Shown here piece after piece: positions 14,652-28,649 of a DNA stretch of 64,000 nt. The translations under genes and the position numbers were made by a program. Source of the DNA: Ramazzottius varieornatus (Eukaryota; Animalia; Tardigrada); assembly GCA_001949185.1 (NCBI GenBank), contig BDGG01000001.1, positions 3,957,624-4,021,623 on the forward strand, given 5' to 3'. The notes under the pieces were generated by a model, which was not told the DNA's origin, ran no database searches, and saw only the letters and a list, made by a program, of their open reading frames with translations. Each line of letters begins with the position of its first letter. The first letter of the stretch is position 1.

Positions 14652-16587
14652 TCAAGCGCCGTCGCGTTCGTAGCTGTGAAGAGGAACTTTCTCGTTGCTG
14701 TTTCCGCCACCGAATCGCTCAGAGACTCGGGTCGTCACAGGTGTTCGGAACTCCGTCGTGTCCACTTCAAGGTTTCGATGCTTCACCAACAAGGCCGTGT
14801 CTTCTTCCCAGTGTGCACCGACGAACACCTGGTAAAACATGGCTCCGAAGATGGCGCCGAGGTGAGAACCGATGACCGGAATGAAGAACCATCTGTATTC
14901 TCGGATGCTGCAATCAGACAAAAAAGTCACATGATATTCTATTTTCTGCGGAATACTTCAAGTTTGAACAAGCTAGATTTCCGCGAAGGCTATTGGTCTG
15001 GTGTTATCCTCGTGTACCTGAACGTTTCAGTACCCCAACCAGCCATCAAAGTGAACAGTCTAGGCATCAGGTCTCTGGCTGGGTTCATGGCGGCACCGGT
15101 CGTGTAACCGAGGCTGAAGACGATGGAGGCAATCAGGGCACCAACGTACAGGGGAACTTGGTTCTTCGGTACTTTCCAACCTTTCGGGTCGACGATGGCC
15201 AGAAGGATAAACATCAGGATGAACGTCGAAAGAATCTAGACAGGAATAATTTCGCTTTCTTTACTAAACTCGCAAAGAGATACTACAAGGAAGTACAAGA
15301 TAAGGTGCGCTAGATTGGGCGAACCTGGTCAAGGAAGAGGGTCGTGATTGACAGATGTTCGCCGCTGGGGTACGTCGCCCAGATTCCAGCTGTAGCTGAA
15401 GCTCCAGTGACAGTCCGGTTTCCTCCATCGTACAAGTCGAGAGTGTCTAGAGAAAATCCAAAATGAGTGTGAGACAGCGATGACGATACGAAATGTTGGC
15501 AGTGCCAACAGGTACGCGGATGCAACCAAGCTATGCAAAGTGCCCTCAATTTATCACTAACCAGCTTACCTCTGAAGACAACGAATATGGTGGCAGAGGC
15601 AACAAAAGCTCCAAGGTATTGAGCCAGCATGTAAACCATCGTTTTCAGTGGCGACAATTCTCCCAGAAACATGAAAGCAACGCTGACGGCAGGATTCAGG
15701 TTTGCGCCTGGAAGATAAAAGACAAACTTGTTCTGTGATTTTTAATTTTAATTTCAATGTTTACGACACTGGAAAAAGGTTCTTATCGTTATTTCACCTC
15801 CCACCACAACAAATCGGACAAAAGTACGTAAAAACACCTGCCGAGAAAATCGAATATTAGAGTCAATTCTGAATTCGCCATAGAAAACGAGATCCTGACG
15901 AAAAAGGAAAAGGAACCAGCAAACCATCAGGCCCTCACCCGCCACTTCCTGACCTTTTAGCCGAGGCTCAGGATTAAGCATGAGTTACTCCCGAGCTATC
16001 GATCAAGTGAGCGCTTGATTCATTACCCTAACTACTTATGTTGAGATTGAGCCAGGAGCTAACCATTTCTTCGGTAATAGAGAGAAATCTGCCGACGGGC
16101 ACAAGAAAAACGAAACCAATATCGATAACTACGCCACGTTGCAGTTGGCACAGCTATCGATCGGAATTCTCTAGGGAGAAGCCATGCTTACCAGAAGGAG
16201 CAGCAGCAAAGACGCCCATCATGACGGCCAAGGCAGCTCCCAGCGCAACATGAACTTGATCGTGTCCATGCTTCCGATCTCCGTTCGGCATCATCTGGCT
16301 GAACGTTGCGGAAGCCACCATCGAATCCAAGAGTAGCTGAAACGAAGAAAAACTTTTCCTGTAACGGAATATTCCGTACTGTACCCATAACCAACGAGGA
16401 AGGCGAACATCACCCAGGAAGTAAGTTTGTATCACCCGAAGAACTCACTGAATTTTTTAGTGGTTGCTCTAAATGGTTCGCTTACCACCAGGATGAAGGT
16501 TCCAGCAAACTCGGACAGGAAACAGCGCAGATAGTCATTTCTTTGGTGGATAGCGTTCCTTAGAGTCTGCCTCCAGGAGCTCGTCAT
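14652..16587 (-). CDS. Aquaglyceroporin (AQP3/7/9/10-like)
   Basis: FLSEFAGTFILV, first loop SGANLNPAVS, YMLAQYLGAF, TAGIWATYP, second loop AMNPARD (glyceroporin Asp), PRLFT..GWG and WFFIPVIG. Confidence 0.93.
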
Positions 16588-18561
16588 TGTGAGAAGCGGG
16601 AAGGTCTAAACAAACAAGAAAGTCAAGTTAGCTTACGGGAGGGACTAAGGATCCTTCAGGAGAACAAGGCTAGTTGTTTACCGAGTAAACATACAAGGAA
16701 ACTCGACACAAGTAACCGGCTCGAAAAGAAGTGTAACAAATCCACAGGATGGTAAACAGTTCGGCGAGAAGAGCTTGCGGAATGTGGCTTACTGCTCGAG
16801 AGCCTCTCTAAACTATATCTTCCGCAGTCCGTACCCGCTGATCCGAATCTGTATGTCTTCTGCCTGCCTGTTCAATGTCGCGAAGACGTCATCACAGAAG
16901 ATATTCCTCGACCCTGGCGATCGATGGACGGATAACTGCGTTCATTGCATGGCTGTTATTTTGGTGCACAGTAATCGTGGCATTCATCCAATATCATTCA
17001 GATCGCCATCGGTGCGCACTCCGCCTTACCAAAATTTCATACGTGAAACATGAATTTTCGAAGAACAATTATTGCTTGATCTTCAGTCGCCGAGTTTCAG
17101 TTTCGCATGACGGAAAAATGCGCTGTAGTAATAATCGTTTACTGCTGGATTTGTGGTTGGCACTTACATCACAGGGCAGGAAAATCCCAGTTGTGGAATT
17201 CCAGTGTATGATCGCCGGTGGATCAAGAGCAGGCTGCCGGTTTAACGTCGACCGTCGTTCAAAGGATGCACTAAAGCGTAAAAGTTCGCTACGAATCAGT
17301 TTTTGATAGCTCCTTCACAAGCAAATCTTCCATCAAACAACTCTGTCCACTCGAAAGATTGGGCGCAAAATGCGTTCAATACGGAAGTATTTTGCCGGTT
17401 TAATAAACCCCTTACCCGTATAGGATAAGTTCGCTTAAACAGAAAGTTCAAAACCTCCAGGAAAGCTGACTGCCGCCGGAAATATGTGACACTGAAATAT
17501 GTACCCGACCAACCGCAAAAGTTTTACAACCATGACTAGCTGCGCTCCCGGCACATACAGACGGGGAACTGAACGATAAATTGGATGCATGAGTAATTTA
17601 TTTATGTTCCATGACAAAACCATCCTCCGGATTACTGTATAAACAGTAAACTCATGTCTATACAGTATGTTTCGAACACTATACGCTTTGTTACACACGA
17701 GCCGCCCCAGTGTTGTATGCAACACATCGTAACTACCGCGCTGTACCACGGAAAGGACCGGAAGTGGAGGACTTTCTGTTCTTCACGCTCAGCAGCAGCG
17801 AGTAACTGTGGATTTCTGGTTCTGGCGGTACGTCAGTACGGAGGAACTGATCACGGGAGAGGTGGTAGAAGCTCGTCATCTACCTGTTAAAGTTTGCAGA
17901 TACCAGTACTCATAACTTCTCAACCGTTTAGCCGTCGAGACACCTTTGTTTACTAAACGTTGAATCGTGCGGCAAACGGAGGCCTGGTTCTCACCTGTTC
18001 TCCTTTCGGAACTTCTGACTGAATCGAAAAGCTGACGACGCCTTTATTATCAATGGATAAAGCATCCAACCATAAGTTTTTATCTGTCAGAATACAAGGA
18101 ATTCCATCTCTTTCAACAGCTCTTCAAACGAAATGCCGCGATCAAGCTTATTGCTTGCCTGTGCAGGAATTCGACTGGAAGAATTTAGACACAATGAACT
18201 TCAGTACGCTGAAGAACAGTATGAACAGACCATGAAATTTTGCAGCTGTCGGGAAATGTCGAGGAATGCGTTGAATAGCATTTAGTTCCAATTCATAGCT
18301 ACGTCCGCAGTGAATTATTTTACGGGCACCGCGAATATTGCGGCAGTCGGTACCATCAAGCAACAAACCTATCAAATCCATCATGTGGAAAAACGGAAAA
18401 GCTAAAACATAACATCGCCTATGACTAAAAAACGAACGCACAAAAACATGGAATGTGACTACTGCTGCTAACGCGAAAGAGCACAGAAAGGGCCAAAGGA
18501 ATCACTACACTTGGAATAACCCACAAAGAACAACAAGCACATACAAGTTATTTCGTTCAGG

Positions 18562-21500
18562 TCAAGTCTGGAGGACGGGTAAAGATGGCACAACTGCATC
18601 TTTCGTTGTTTCACCGGAAGACCCTATTTGAACATTATCCGAACGGTCCGGTGACTTCTTGCTGTCACCGTTCAACCTCTTCCCTTCGTTGTCACCGGCC
18701 GGCGATATAAGCGAACCTCCGTTCTCAATTCCGTCTTTGCTGCCTCTTCGAAAGGAAGCTCGCCAATTGTTGAAGATACCCTTTGCCCCATCCGGCTAAA
18801 AATTAAATAACATTTGGATACAATCTTAACGTCAAAAACAAGACTAGAAGATCATCGTGAAGTTCACGGATAGAACCACAAACCAAAAATGGATCTTGGT
18901 TTGCATTACGGCGTACCGGATTCTCGCTAGGTGGCGTTGTGTGAGCACCCATCATCGGCGCCATGACGGCACTTCCGGTTGGGCTCAGTACCGACTGGAC
19001 GCTCTGGTAAATCTTCTCCGTAGCTTTCACCAAGCTAATGTGGAAGCGTCCTTTAGTCACATGGTTGGAAGCTTGAGGTATCGGATGGACACGCACCGGG
19101 AAGAGCTCATCAGCTAGGCGATCCGAGACGGAAAGCGGACCGCTAGCTGTTAAACTAGTTATCGAACTGCGACGCAAAGCCATCTCTTGTCCCTTCTTCC
19201 GAGGAACGTCAAGCTCTAAGGTTGAGTTTGCATCGTTCCCAAGAGATCCTAGGAATACTGGAAAATCTTGTGACGAGCCATCGTCCAGCGGCAAGGCTGA
19301 GTCTGCTTCTGTGGTTGATCGGCTTGATGTCAATTGATTGTCTACTGGTTTACTTCCGGTTTCTAGTGTTTGCTCTTTCTCTGTTCGAGAAGCGTCTCCT
19401 GCCGCTTCTGAGCTGTCTACTGGTTTATCCACATCGTCAATCGCGATAGCCACATCGTCAATCGCGATAGCCACATCGTCATTGCTTGCGCCAGCACCAA
19501 AGAGTTTGTTGATTCGAGCGCTGTACTTCTCCGGCTTGGGTTCTTCCGGCTCTTTCTCGGCGCTTGGTGCGGTCCCTTTATCGAACCGCTCTCTGTTAGC
19601 CTGGCATGCCTCATGTATGACACGCATGGTGTCTCGGATGGTGTCCGAGTGCGTAAGGTGTTTCGTGTCGTAGCTCATGTCCACTCGGATGAGTGAGGGA
19701 CACAGCTTGGTCGCATGGGACAGCGCTAACCATCCACCCGCCTTAATCTCGTTGTACCGGACGTCCAGGCGGAGAAAGCGAGGTTGGTCGGCCAAGTACT
19801 CCGCCAAGGCAATGCACCCTATAATCAACTGCGAAATTATAGCACGACGATACGGGAGACATCGCGTTTATGTTTTATGCTTGGTCGTAAATCGTAATAT
19901 CAGTTTTTACGACCATGTACCTTCGTCGGACATGGACGTCGACTGAAGACCCAATCTACGCAGTCCTCTATTCATCATCAGGGACTGCTTGATCGTGAAT
20001 ACTGTCTCGTCCTTCAAATCGTTGAGTCCCAAGTTGAGCGTCTCCAGTAGTCTCGACCGAGCCTGCGAATGACAGCTTTACGTAACCCTCCAATAATGAA
20101 GAAAACGGAAGAAAAAGATCGGAAAAGAAAAACGCATAAGGTCGCAGTTTCAAGCGGCGCACCTTCACATTGATTTCGCACAGACGTGTGCGCCACTTGA
20201 GACAACGTTCTTGCACGTTTCGTTTGCGGTGTCGCGTACAACCAAGAATTATTATAACACCGAATTTACTGGTGGAAAAATTTACCAAGAGCTGCGAAAG
20301 ACTTCGGGCGATGTTGCTAGTGAGGAAGTTATTCCATAAATTCAAGGCACGTAGGCTTCCGCCTCTGACGCCACCATCCTCAAGCGCATCCAATAGATGC
20401 GTGGCGCCAGCATCCTAAAGAATCCACAGTGTCGAATAGTGCAAGACCACATTGATATTCAACGAGACTACTGTACGTACCATGATCGTGTTGTTTCTGA
20501 GGTCCAGCACCCGTAGTTTCCAGCCGTGTTTGAAAGCGGAAGCAATGTGGATCACATCGTTAGGGGACAACTTATTGTCACCCAGGAAGAGCTCTTGCAC
20601 GTTCTCACTGTACTGAAGTGCCGATACTAGAGAATGGATAACAAAGAGTTAGAGATCAAAGGGAAGGGATTATGCAAATCGATCTGTCGGCAGTCGGTAC
20701 TAGAATGATGGTAACGACATACTCAGCAAAAACAGCGCGCGTCCAGAAAGTCCGCATTTTTCAATGTGGAGCGTCACCAGGTTGGTACCGATTCGCAAGG
20801 CACGAGTCAACAAGGAAGCAGAGGCTTCTTGGAGAAGACAGTCGCTGACATCCAGGTAATAAATACCAGACTACAAACACACGAACCTATGTTAGGTACC
20901 GATCGACATCATAAAGTGAAATTGAACGCGATCACCACTCTTCGTTAGAGTGGGATCATCTTTGGTCTATCGGTCGTGACCTTTGATTTACTTTTTGATC
21001 TATTTCATGACCTTATCAAAGATCTGGTCCAGATCAAAGAGTGTCCTTTGGTTTACGGACAAACTTAATAAACCAAAGAGGCCATACCAATGGACCAATT
21101 GGTTCGACCAAAGCTTGGTCTAATCCAGTCTACTCTTCGTAAGGCTTCGTCTAGCGGAGGTGTTGAAGCAGGTCTCCGAAAATGAAAATCGCATCATGCA
21201 CGTGATCGCAAGGGACCAAAACGCGGTTAGCTTACCTTCTTCAGCACTTTAGCGATAGTTAGCCATGCTCGGAACTCCAACTTCCGGTTGCTGGATATGA
21301 CCAACTTATCAGCCATTTGGTAGTATTCCAGCATGTCCATTATGGAGACCGCGACCTGTTAAAGAAAAACAAAAGATGGTAATCTCACGCGCATTCCACG
21401 GTTTGAAGCGGAGAAAGAAGCCGAGTTTGAAACTAACGTCGTCATTTGGAAGACAGTTTGTCAGGTTTAGCTCCTCGAAACACATGCGCATGAAAATGGG

Positions 21501-22459
21501 TTCGAATGTATCGATGAGGTTTAGTGTGAGGTTTTCTCCAGAGACGTCGAACGTTCCGCTCCTCTGTCCACCACCGGGATTCCTCTACAAGAAGTAATCA
21601 TGTCATCACAAAGTTATTACAGCAGGTGACACTTCACCTCAGACAGTTGAGCCATAAAAGGCGAACACGTACCTTAATTGCTTCAAGCACTTTTGGCAGA
21701 GGTTGAACATTGTAATGCAGGCACATCTTCGCATACGACTCCAGAACCTTTTGCGTCGAACTTTCTGCTCCTGTAAAAACAGATTCAAAACAAGTATTCG
21801 TAACTAGCACATCGGCAAACTCTGGAATATCGAAGAATAAAGTTACCGTAATGCCACGGATCAGGCGCATCCACGAACTCTGTCACCAAATCAGTCGCGT
21901 CTTCCCCTCGAAATGTAACCGTCTTGTTCTTTTTCTTTTCTTTTAGATGTGCACCTAGTGGGTCTTCCAGGACTTCATTTGTCGCCTCAGGGCCGTTAAT
22001 AACCAGGTCGTCGGAGAGGAATTTTTCTAGCTGGGATGGATCATCTTCTGCTTCCAGTGGATGGCGAACATCTGCTTTTCTGTCAGTCTCCAAAGTTGTA
22101 TGGTCGTCCTTGATGTCTGTCTCATCCAGTTCGACAAAGCCGTCTTTGGGCTCAGTTACAGGTGAAGAATCAGTGGGGTGACTTAGCCCGGGTAGAAGTT
22201 GTTCTGCACTAACTGCACCGGAAGTTGTGGCTTTGTCAGTCTTCTTATCCGTGATAGCTTCTGAAACACTGGGTAGCAGCTGTTTCGTCAAACTCTCATC
22301 CTCCACCGCATCAGGCGACTGACCGTTTTGGTAGCTTGAAGAAGTGGACAGGTAAGCGTCAGAATCGTCGGAGCTCAGATCACCATGCATGCGCGAGGAG
22401 TCATCTAGTTTTTGAAGGACGGATGATGCCATCGAAGATACCAGCGGGGCTTCGTGCAT
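18562..22459 (-). CDS. PPP1R37: Protein phosphatase 1 regulatory subunit 37 (LRRC68)-like
   Basis: RVxF motif in KTVTF..DLVTEFVDAPDPW, then Y..MC....VQPLPKVL, then RI-type LRR exons (LFLGDNKL, LDLRNNTI, LNLWNNFLT, LDVRYNEIKAGG). Start codon uncertain. Confidence 0.8.
19429..19481. repeat. In-frame 21-bp tandem duplication (2.5 copies) in PPP1R37
   Basis: CCACATCGTCAATCGCGATAG x2 plus a partial copy, encoding DDVAIAI-DDVAIAI-DDV. Confidence 0.9.
20113..20237. repeat. Intronic palindromic element, copy 3, PPP1R37 intron
   Basis: CAAGCGGCGCAC-N25-GTGCGCCACTTGAGACAACGTTCTTGCACGTTTCGTTTGC. Confidence 0.85.
20946..21132. mobile_element. hAT-type MITE with perfect 8-bp target-site duplication, PPP1R37 intron
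   Basis: Ends TAGAGTGG...CCAGTCTA; CTCTTCGT at both 20938-20945 and 21133-21140. Confidence 0.85.
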
Positions 22460-22900
22460 TTGCTCTGCCTCCGATCGACCGAGAACACGCTCGCAGGAAC
22501 AAGATGTCCAAGAAACCAGTTATCACAACAGGTCCTTTGGGTGCAGGTGCAGGTGGCAAGTGCTACCTTTCTGATTTCAAATCCATAAAACTTCGAATGA
22601 CTTTGTTGACTATGTCACGGCCAAATAACCTGGCAGCAGGTGATGGACACCTTACTTAGCCCTTTCGTCTTGGCTCATGACGTAAACTTTACGTCAAGCG
22701 CTAATATGACATGCTGATTACATGTCACGTAATGTATAACATGTCACCGCATGTTGTGCCACGATCATCCTAATTTAACTGTAGCTACGTATGTTCCCGC
22801 TCCTCCACTCAGTCTGACGAAACTCATTCGATCAACGAGATCTCAAGGACACAAGATTCTGCTCTTCAAAAAACTCAACTTTTGAGATCTTTCCTCCGTG

Positions 22901-25900
22901 TTACTCACTGCGTAAAGACTGGTACAAGGCGCTCATTGTAGAGAAAGCAGAATTCATCGAGTCACTCTTGCTTCTCGACACTTTAAGCTTACTTTTCCCT
23001 TCTGCAAGGGCTGAACCTTTTCTTAAAAAGCTGAAATCAGTTGTAGTGGTGAGTCTAACAGTAGAGTCCGAACTTTCGTCTAGAGTGTCGATATCTGTGG
23101 ACTGATTTCGGAAACTTTCTTCTATCTTCACATCGGGTTCGTCCCCGCCCACGTCCATATCTTTTTCTTTCGCTTCGTCCAAGTCCATCTGCAAGTCTGT
23201 TGGAGGTGAGCTTGGGCCAGTTCCTTTCAACAAAACATTCAGCTGTTCTCCTAAGAAGTACCGTGAAGGAGCCAGCGTATATGCGGGAGTACCAACGAGC
23301 TGGAAGCATAAGAAAATTTAACTTCAAGAAAGAAATCAACGAATATTCGAAATATATTTACCTTATCAACAAGTTCACGAGCATTCTTCGCCGGCGGTTT
23401 CACATGCATCGAATTCATCTCTTCGGTCTTTGGGTCCCTGACGATCTCGAGATGCCGGTAAAACGCGGTGGCTTGAGGGTCCGGTGCGTACAGCTTGTTG
23501 GCATGCTGTCCAGTTGTCTTCTGGTCGACGACGGCAATCTCGCCGTTGGCCATTAGCAGGAACAAGCTATACTCGTCCAGCCAGCTCTTCATGTGCTCAC
23601 TCACTCCTGCTTCTTTTTCAACATCTGCTTTTCTTACGAGGCAGCATGCTGTTATGGGAGAGGAAGTTTCGGGAAGGCTATGAGTGTACACTGACTGGGT
23701 CAGTTTGTCTTCTTCCAGAACGTTGATGGACCGTGGACCACAGAGTACCACGAAGGAGTCGACCCGATCGAAACATGTTGTTTCGAGGTCGACGGTCTGA
23801 AGGACTACAAGCGGAATAAGTCAGTCTTTGCTAGGATCCTACGTTACTTGCATGATAGCTCACTTGAGCGCTTCGAAAGATTCCAGACCGTTACTACAGA
23901 TTTCGTGGAAGTGAAGAACGTATCACTGTTGGAGAAACCGTACCACATGGCGCTGAAAGGACAGCTGGTGAGTACTGTCAGAATACACAAAACGCATTCG
24001 AAATCAACAGCCACTTCCGGGACGTCTACCTTATGAGCTCTGTTTTGCGGCGCAGGGACAGTGCATGGTCTTGTAACGAAGAAGTATCCACGTTCCAGAA
24101 AGTAACCAAGTGCTGAAAAGCTACGGCAATAGTCCTGTCGTCCGCGGAGAACACTGCGGTTGTCGGCTTATACTCTTTGAAATCTCCCACACCGACACAG
24201 TACCACACATCCTGTGTACCTGCGACAGTCACACTGATTTACCTTGATAACACACGCCGAAAGAGACCATGTGGTTCAACTCTCGAGATGTAAGCGGTAC
24301 TTACCATTTAAGGTTTTCTGCTTCAGGATCATCCATAGTTTGAAGTCAGTGTCGGACAATGTGGCTAGGAAGGACCCATTGCCAATTACCATCTGTCTGA
24401 TGGGTGCGCCATCATGTGGATCGATCACGGTAGTCTTCAGAATGTACCTGTATTAATTTTTACGAAGAAGGACCAGGGAGATAGACGAGTGCGAAAGGAC
24501 AGGTCTTACTTACTTGGAAGAGGCAGGGTCTCGCGCCCAGAATTTCAAGTTAATCGTGCTGCCGATGTGCTTCGTAACGAGCGAGTCTGCGGTACACAGC
24601 CAACTTCCCGAAGGACTAAAGACTGCAGAGTCCACAAAGCCATTCGTAAAGTTGTTCAAACCGGAAGAAACAATGTTCTGTTCAACCACATCAATCTGCA
24701 GGAAAACGAAAAGCCAATCAAGCCAGGTTCACCTGTATGAAAGGTTAAAAAGGACAGCTTCCGGTACAACGAAGATTAAATGTGTCGAGCAGGTACCTCG
24801 GATTCCAAGCGATCTCCCGAAGGATTATAAAACTGCAGCGATCCGGGCTTCCCACGTAGCACTAGACACCGAGACGCAGGCTCGAAACAGAAGAGACTTT
24901 CAGAATCCTGCGGGCTACGGTCATTGGTGGAGTCGGCGGCTGCTAGAGAGACAGACTTGATCGTCTGCAGTATGTTCCTTTGTAGCCCCACAAGGTGGAT
25001 TACTGCAAGATATTCAGCATTTACCTGATTAGCTATGAATGCTCAGCGTGGAATTTGTACGCTCGATGAGAATCGATATAAAGGTTATACCGCCATCCGA
25101 ATGGGAAACGGCGATGATATTTCCATCGTATGAGATAGAAAGCCGAACTATGGCGGCTCCCAGTCGAGGGATGAAATCTTTCTGGTCCGTGTTGTTCAGT
25201 GACCACTGCACCAGCGTACTTTCCCATCCACCGCTCCACATGTACGAGCCCTCCAGCGAGAAGGCAATGTCTAGGACAGCGGTGGAGTGCCAATGGACGG
25301 TTGTTTTTGAAACGGTCGGCGCCTCCTGGAAATTTCTCCTACAGAAGAATTTCAAGTTGGAAACCTTGTATCTGCAGATTGATCTTCAACGAACTCACCA
25401 TAAGAGTATTCGCCCCTGAGTATCACCTGTTGCAATGCACTGTTCCGTGGGATGGACTGCGATACAAGTGAAGAGGTTTCTCGAAATCAGGTGTCTGCAA
25501 AATTATGCACATTTGTAGTTCATCTGCATCCACATAACAACCGGAATAACGTACTTTTTGAAATGCTCATCCTTGAAGTAATAAATGTTCAAAGAATTGT
25601 GGTTGATGCTGGCCAGATATTCACCCTGAAACACAATAGTTATTCAACACACAGATCGTACATCGGGAATCTGTTAGCGAGAACTGTACTCTTGAACAAA
25701 ATGCAACTTTAGTCGAATCAGTTGAGAGGGATCGGCAGACAAGTCGGCCTTTCGAGCCCTTGGAGATATCGCCGATGCAATCAAGCTGGAACAGCGCACA
25801 GCTTTCGTCTTCCGGCCGATTCGCCAGGTCCTTCGCGCTGCCAACTGTAACATACCCAACGATATTAGCTAGCTTTCTTCGAGTGGAGAGGCAATGGAAA

Positions 25901-26381
25901 TTATGGGATACAGTTACCCGATGATCGACGCTCGGTATGCTCCGACAGAAGAAACAACCCGCGGTCTCGGTACGGTACATACAGTCCATGCAGGGGATAT
26001 TTCGACGTGACTTTCTTAACTAGGACGCCATCCTCGTAATCCCACAGCAGAATAGAGCCACTCACGGTGGCCGTATATATCTGTGAGTGAGGGTTTACGG
26101 GGTTGAAGACTAGCGCCGTGAGCCTGTCCGCAGCTTCGGTAGTCTCCTCTAGAACGGAGTGAAGCTGGCCTGTGGAACAGGAGAATATCCGAACTTGAGA
26201 GCCGCAAAGGCAGAGCATCCATCTGTCAAGGTGAGCATTGCAGTCAGATGCAAGCATAGTCATTGAAGTAGACCCGGACTAGAAGCTGGTACAGATTTTA
26301 CTCTTACCTTTCGCCGGGACCGATGATAGCACGGTGCGATACGAGCGACACTCCCGCTATCGTTCGCGGCCTCGCCAACAT
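22901..26381 (-). CDS. WDR75: WD repeat protein 75 / UTP17 (SSU processome t-UTP)
   Basis: WD40 exons including HWHSTAVLDIAFSLEGSYMWSGGWESTLVQW..KDFIPRLGA, LVLRGKPGSLQFY and AVFSADDRTIAVAF..VTFW. Confidence 0.88.
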
Positions 26382-26677
26382 CCTCAGCCGCAAAGGCTGT
26401 CCTTGCTTGTCCTGGAATCGGTAAACTTGAAAAGAAGATTCCGCCGGAAGTCCGAACTCTAGAAAACTAGAACGAATCCAGAAGATCTTTCTCTATGCGG
26501 GGACAGAAAGGCGTGGAGGTCAATCAAACCTGTGTCAATCAAAGTATTTCGCAATACGTAATAATAATCATAATACAGAGAATGCGAAAACGCAAAATCT
26601 TGTCGAGATAATTGAAGTCAGTCTAATGAGGTTAGATTATTACATGTAATAAGTGCGTAGAGTGGCCATTATACGTA

Positions 26678-27098
26678 CACGCGCCTGGCCTAAGTCTTGG
26701 CATGGACAAAAGTCTTGGCAGCACGGCCCGGCGGTATTTTAACACAAAGAATGTTGTATCGGAACAGAAACTGGTCGTGAGACGTCATGAAGTCAGAATT
26801 TCGCAATGCGCTTTTTATTGTTCAGTCACTCCAGCATCATTTGAAATTCTGTCGTATTCTTTCTTGAGTTTTTCTTCGTCTTGAGTAACTTGAGCTTAGC
26901 AAATGTCGGAAGCTTTTAAGAGCAAGAAACGCCGGAAGTATACCGAGAAAAGTCTGAAGGATGCAGTTCGCGCAGTGGCAAACACAGCTAGCGAACCGGT
27001 TCTATTTCAACCGTAAGCGAACACAGGTGGCGGAGCCGCTGTTTCGGAAACCACTTGCCAAGACTTTTGTCCATGCCAAGACTTGGGCCAGGCGCGTG
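26678..27098. mobile_element. Tc1/mariner-type MITE (TA-flanked)
   Basis: ~45-bp TIR CACGCGCCTGGCCTAAGTCTTGGCATGGACAAAAGTCTTGGCA, inverted at 27057-27098; TA on both sides. Confidence 0.8.
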
Positions 27099-28237
27099 TA
27101 CTACATTTCCCCGCACTTGATTTCTGGAACTCGTGGGAACGTATCACATCCCGAGTAATGTTTCCCGCTTCCCCACTTCCCGGATCATGAAGTTGCGGGA
27201 AACGTGATAATTGTCCTTCGTGACCCATGCTCCGAGAACGAGTCTAGTATAATAGGTCGTGATCCGAACTATAATTTCCACTCGTAACACAGAAAAATCC
27301 CTTCTGAAGTACGAGGAAGAGGCTGTGAAGTTAGCCGCCCCATACCGGGTTTGTGAAGTTGGCCGTCTAAGTTCGCATGTTCTTCACTACTCAATCCCAA
27401 ACTTTTAAGGATCACAGGCCCCGGCGTGATTTGGCTGGTGTGGCGCTTCAACGACAGCATTGCTGTATGTCGATTGAGTCGCTTAACAATGTCAACAAAA
27501 ATTTTCGAGGTAAAACCGGTAAATAGTCTTCCAGAAATCCTCCTTGAATCGGAAGCGTGTTCGGGTACCTTGAATTCTTCCTTGTAAATTCGTACAATCA
27601 AACCCAGCATGATCAACAAACCGCTCCATGGTGAGGCGATCATGTCTCAAACGATGCGGACCATGGTTTTCTAACATCATGATCCATGTCTCCGCACTCG
27701 TTTCCCACCACCTGATCCATCCCCCGTGATTCGCGAAGTGGGCTGTTGTACTAGGAACTGTGATCCAAGTGGCGAATCACGATCAAGTATAACAGGTCAG
27801 ATCACAAAATTGAGTTCTGAATGGGATGAGATCTGGGATTCGCGGGGTGGCACCCTAACGGGTACTGTTGCTGCCGAGGAAGGCTAAAAGGGAAGAAAAC
27901 GGGAACTAGGATGATGGTAGCGCGTATCCCAATTTCCCAACCATTGAGTTACTCCCAGTTACTCAGAATACAATGCTAGCCTTATCTCCTTGTTTTGTGA
28001 CCTACTTTCGCTTCTCCTCAGTCACATTCCATTCACAAGCTCATCTCCACTAATGCTGTGCTTTGCCATTCACTGGGCGAATTTCAGCAGAGGGGTTCAA
28101 ACACAAACTTACGAACAAGACCAGCTCCACAACGACATCCCGAAAATCCCATGTTAGACCACCTGAAGTGGTTTGACATGGGATAGCATGGGGTATCAAG
28201 ACGCATGCTAGGTTGTATTAGTAAGCTCCGCGAGCAT

Positions 28238-28354
28238 TACTGTATGCTCTCCCGAAATTCCCGTACGTCACTGACTCAAATCATCAGGGTCGTACCGTCT
28301 AGTTTTACACTCCGAATGGAGGGACGTACGTCAATTTCGGGAGAGTATACAGTA
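28238..28354. mobile_element. Small MITE (TA-flanked)
   Basis: TACTGTATGCTCTCCCGAAATT ... AATTTCGGGAGAGTATACAGTA. Confidence 0.7.
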
Positions 28355-28649
28355 AACGAATCAATTCACGTTCTTTGTCCATGACGCAGCATGAAGTACC
28401 ATTATTCAGCAGTTTTTGCGGGTCATGTGGAAGTAAGGGATCTGTTCATCTCCTGAACACTGACCTCAGTACGCTGACTTCAACTATCTGAACAAGATTT
28501 TGCATTTTCGCAATCTCCAGTAATGACATTGCAAAACAGCACAAAAATTGTCCAGATCAATTCGCTTTCTAATCAATGTTTCACAGATTCATGGAATTCG
28601 AATTTGGAAACCCGCCTCCTGAGTCCTCGCACTCTAGGTCACTGTAGTA

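Noticed and set aside
16775-18441. Short ORFs between the aquaporin and PPP1R37
   Set aside because: No motifs or coherent exon chain; likely UTR or intergenic.
22675-22760. TGACGT/ACATGTCA motif cluster upstream of PPP1R37 (similar CRE-like sites at 3895-3965)
   Set aside because: Short motifs that cannot be distinguished from chance without functional data.
27269-27680. Minus-strand ORFs as a transposase remnant
   Set aside because: No DDE or other recognisable motif.
26658-27856. Larger hAT element (TAGAGTGGCCA...GTGGCACCCTA) enclosing the mariner-type MITE
   Set aside because: The ends match poorly and there is no target-site duplication.
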